DNA of 32,000 bases from Carboxylicivirga sp. M1479 (GTDB lineage Bacteria > Bacteroidota > Bacteroidia > Bacteroidales > Marinilabiliaceae), in assembly GCF_007097485.1 (NCBI RefSeq), contig NZ_VKDE01000007.1, positions 25,402 to 57,401 on the forward strand, given 5' to 3'. The translations under genes and the position numbers were made by a program. Of this stretch, positions 30,157 through 32,000 are shown piece by piece; the first letter of the stretch is position 1; each line of letters opens with the position of its first letter. The notes beneath the pieces are model-generated. The model searched no databases and was not told the origin of the DNA. It saw only the letters and a list, made by a program, of their open reading frames with translations.

Positions 30157-31801
30157 GGCAATTTCAGAAGTACTACTTAAAAATAAAACTATATGAGGTT
30201 AATCTTAACAGATTAGCCTCTTTGTTTTTCATAATAATTTATTAACTAATAAGTAAGTTCATTCATGGTAAGATTGGACATACCAATCCCATCAAAAGAA
30301 GGTGTTTTCGGTAAAAGGTTTATGCAGCCAGGGATGCTTGATTCCACATTCGCCTGCCTATTTCAAGAGCATTACCAACATGGATGCCCATAAATATCCA
30401 AAGAATTTCAGTGTCCTTTGTCCTGGCTTTAATTCTGTTCAAATAATAATGTTGTTTGTCCTTTCCAAAACTACCTTCAAGTTTGGTTGCCCGTTCTTTT
30501 TTAATCTGTGCAGCCAACTGTTTACGTTGATGTTCATGTTTACCAGCCCGTCCTTTTCTGACAAAGTCAGTTCGAATATTATTAGAGGAGGCAAACTTTC
30601 TGTTAGCATTAGTAGCATAAATAGCATCTGCACCAGCAATCTTTACCTTTGTGTGGGTCAATGATTGAGCTAAGTACACCGATGCTTTAAAATGAGCACC
30701 TTCATTAAAAGCATCAAAACTAAGTTGTTGAATAAAGCTGATTCCATTAATTTGTATTTTATTGACCTTGGCTCCGAACTCTACAGCTTTAGTTTCTTTT
30801 CCCCTGACAATGGGCCGGATATAGCTTTTGGAAAGGCTGACTATTCGGTTCTCTGGTGATTTGCCCGTTGTTAACTTATAGTTTTGTTGCTCCAATACTT
30901 TTTCAATAATTACGTATTGCGTATAATATTTCCCAGGCATTTTAACATTCTGCTGCTTAAGTATGACTGCAAGTTCATCATGGAGTTTTTTTAGTAATTT
31001 CAATACCCCTCTAGTAATAGCAATTCGTTCTTTCTTGGGCTTCCGGCGTTTACGACTATAGTTCCAATAGCGCTGCTTCCATTTATTATACTTGCAGCGA
31101 GGCATGGCTTGTTTGCCATATGAGCAAAGTAGTTTCAACTGGTTTTGACACCAATCAGTTGCCTCCCATAGCAACTTCACATCCGTTGGGAAACGCAAGC
31201 TGCTTTCGTAGCAAGTAGCATCAGTAACTACTTGATCCAACTCTTCCATATAAGGCAGCCAATGCCTAGCTAAACATTTTTGTGCTTTGTCAATATCCAA
31301 CTTTGCTGCCAGCTCGCATCGTATCTGGCTAATGATTTTAAAATTGTTGATTTCTTCTCCAATACCCAGCAACAAACGACAAAATAACTGGTAGTGAATA
31401 TTGGAATTAAACTGCTCCATCAGACGTTTATCTGAACAGCAAGCATAGTTCTTTAGGAACATTAACGCCAGTTTTCCTTGTGGACTAAATGTACAATCTG
31501 GACCCATCTTACTTTCTGATAGACCAAAAGTGTCAGCCAACTCATCCCATGGGATGGCTTGGTAGATTTTGCCAAGTGAGCTGGCAAGGAATTGATTATA
31601 TACAACCTGAAAATTATCTTCAATAGAAAAAAGAGGAAGATGAGCCTGAAATTCCGGAATACTTTGTAATTTTATCACTACTAGAAAAAAAAGTAAACCC
31701 CGATTTATGGCAAAAGTGCCTGTTTTCGGGGGTTTGTTATATCTTTAAGATAGTGATAATTACCTAATTATCAAAACTATATCATCACTTATGGATGCGC
31801 C
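30157..31801 (-). mobile_element. IS5/IS1182-like insertion sequence (1645 bp) inserted in the RAYT gene
   Basis: Flanked by the direct repeat TGGGTA (30151..30156 and 31802..31807). Both ends begin GGC and form a weak imperfect inverted repeat (GGCAATTTCAGAAGT... vs the reverse complement GGCGCATCCATAAGT...). Carries a single DDE transposase gene. Deleting 30157..31807 restores the RAYT reading frame. Confidence 0.8.
30320..31678 (-). CDS. DDE transposase, IS5/IS1182-like (InsH-type N-terminal domain plus DDE_Tnp_1-like core)
   Basis: 452 aa. N-terminal LPLFS...IPWDEL...GPDCTFSPQGKLALMFLKNYACCSDKRLMEQFNSNIHYQLFC is DUF772-like. Candidate catalytic residues lie in VVTDATCYES, AGADAIYATNANR and ERATKLEGSFGKDKQHYYLNRIKAR. 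Confidence 0.85.
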   Translation of the reverse strand: MIKLQSIPEFQAHLPLFSIEDNFQVVYNQFLASSLGKIYQAIPWDELADTFGLSESKMGPDCTFSPQGKLALMFLKNYACCSDKRLMEQFNSNIHYQLFCRLLLGIGEEINNFKIISQIRCELAAKLDIDKAQKCLARHWLPYMEELDQVVTDATCYESSLRFPTDVKLLWEATDWCQNQLKLLCSYGKQAMPRCKYNKWKQRYWNYSRKRRKPKKERIAITRGVLKLLKKLHDELAVILKQQNVKMPGKYYTQYVIIEKVLEQQNYKLTTGKSPENRIVSLSKSYIRPIVRGKETKAVEFGAKVNKIQINGISFIQQLSFDAFNEGAHFKASVYLAQSLTHTKVKIAGADAIYATNANRKFASSNNIRTDFVRKGRAGKHEHQRKQLAAQIKKERATKLEGSFGKDKQHYYLNRIKARTKDTEILWIFMGIHVGNALEIGRRMWNQASLAA

Positions 31802-31807
31802 TGGGTA

Positions 31808-32000
31808 TATTTAAACAAGCTGCTTCAAAGCATAAGCGCAATAGTCATTATCAGGTTTGGACACACGAAAACCATGCTATAAATGTTTATTCAGATAAGT
31901 TTGTAACACAAAAAATCCATTATATACATATGAATCCAGTAAGAGCAGGATTGGTTCGTCAACCTGAAGATTATATTTATTCAAGTGCTTGTAATTATGC
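31808..32000 (+). pseudogene. RAYT gene, 3' fragment (runs off the window end)
   Basis: In-frame continuation IFKQAASKHKRNSHYQVWTHENHAINVYSDKFVTQKIHYIHMNPVRAGLVRQPEDYIYSSACNY. It contains the conserved Y-I-x-x-N-P-V-R-A-G-L-V region that carries the catalytic Tyr. Confidence 0.8.

Overview
AT-rich Bacteroidota-type chromosomal window, judged from a SusC/SusD pair, lipoprotein signal peptides and A-rich leaders without Shine-Dalgarno sequences. All calls below come from reading the ORF track and the raw sequence by hand; no database search was run. Nt 1-14931 is dense in regulators: three sensor histidine kinases in the window (one with an apparently frameshifted N-terminal receiver), two paralogous membrane-spanning AraC-HTH/TPR regulators, a Crp/Fnr regulator and a TPR-TM-LuxR-type regulator. 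These sit among an ankyrin lipoprotein, an acyltransferase-3 protein, an unknown lipoprotein and an MDR oxidoreductase. Nt 15147-26449 is a same-strand glycan-utilisation cluster: a GH63/trehalase-like hydrolase, GH2 beta-galactosidase, a split LysO transporter, SusC and SusD. The right end (28.1-32 kb) is the accessory part. It holds a membrane-anchored PD-(D/E)xK-like protein. Next comes a hairpin-rich 0.9 kb noncoding module made of two tandem units (442-bp period) bounded by inverted REP-like double hairpins. This module abuts a RAYT/IS200-like HUH tyrosine-transposase gene that is split by an IS5/IS1182-like insertion with a 6-bp target duplication. A second unexplained signal is a recurrent 90-120 nt leader module, ATGAAACGA...GAGTTCCAT...A-rich...ATAAACA. 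Each copy ends exactly at the start codon of a secreted-protein gene (ankyrin lipoprotein, lacZ with 2.5 tandem copies, susD). I found no tRNA, rRNA or CRISPR array.
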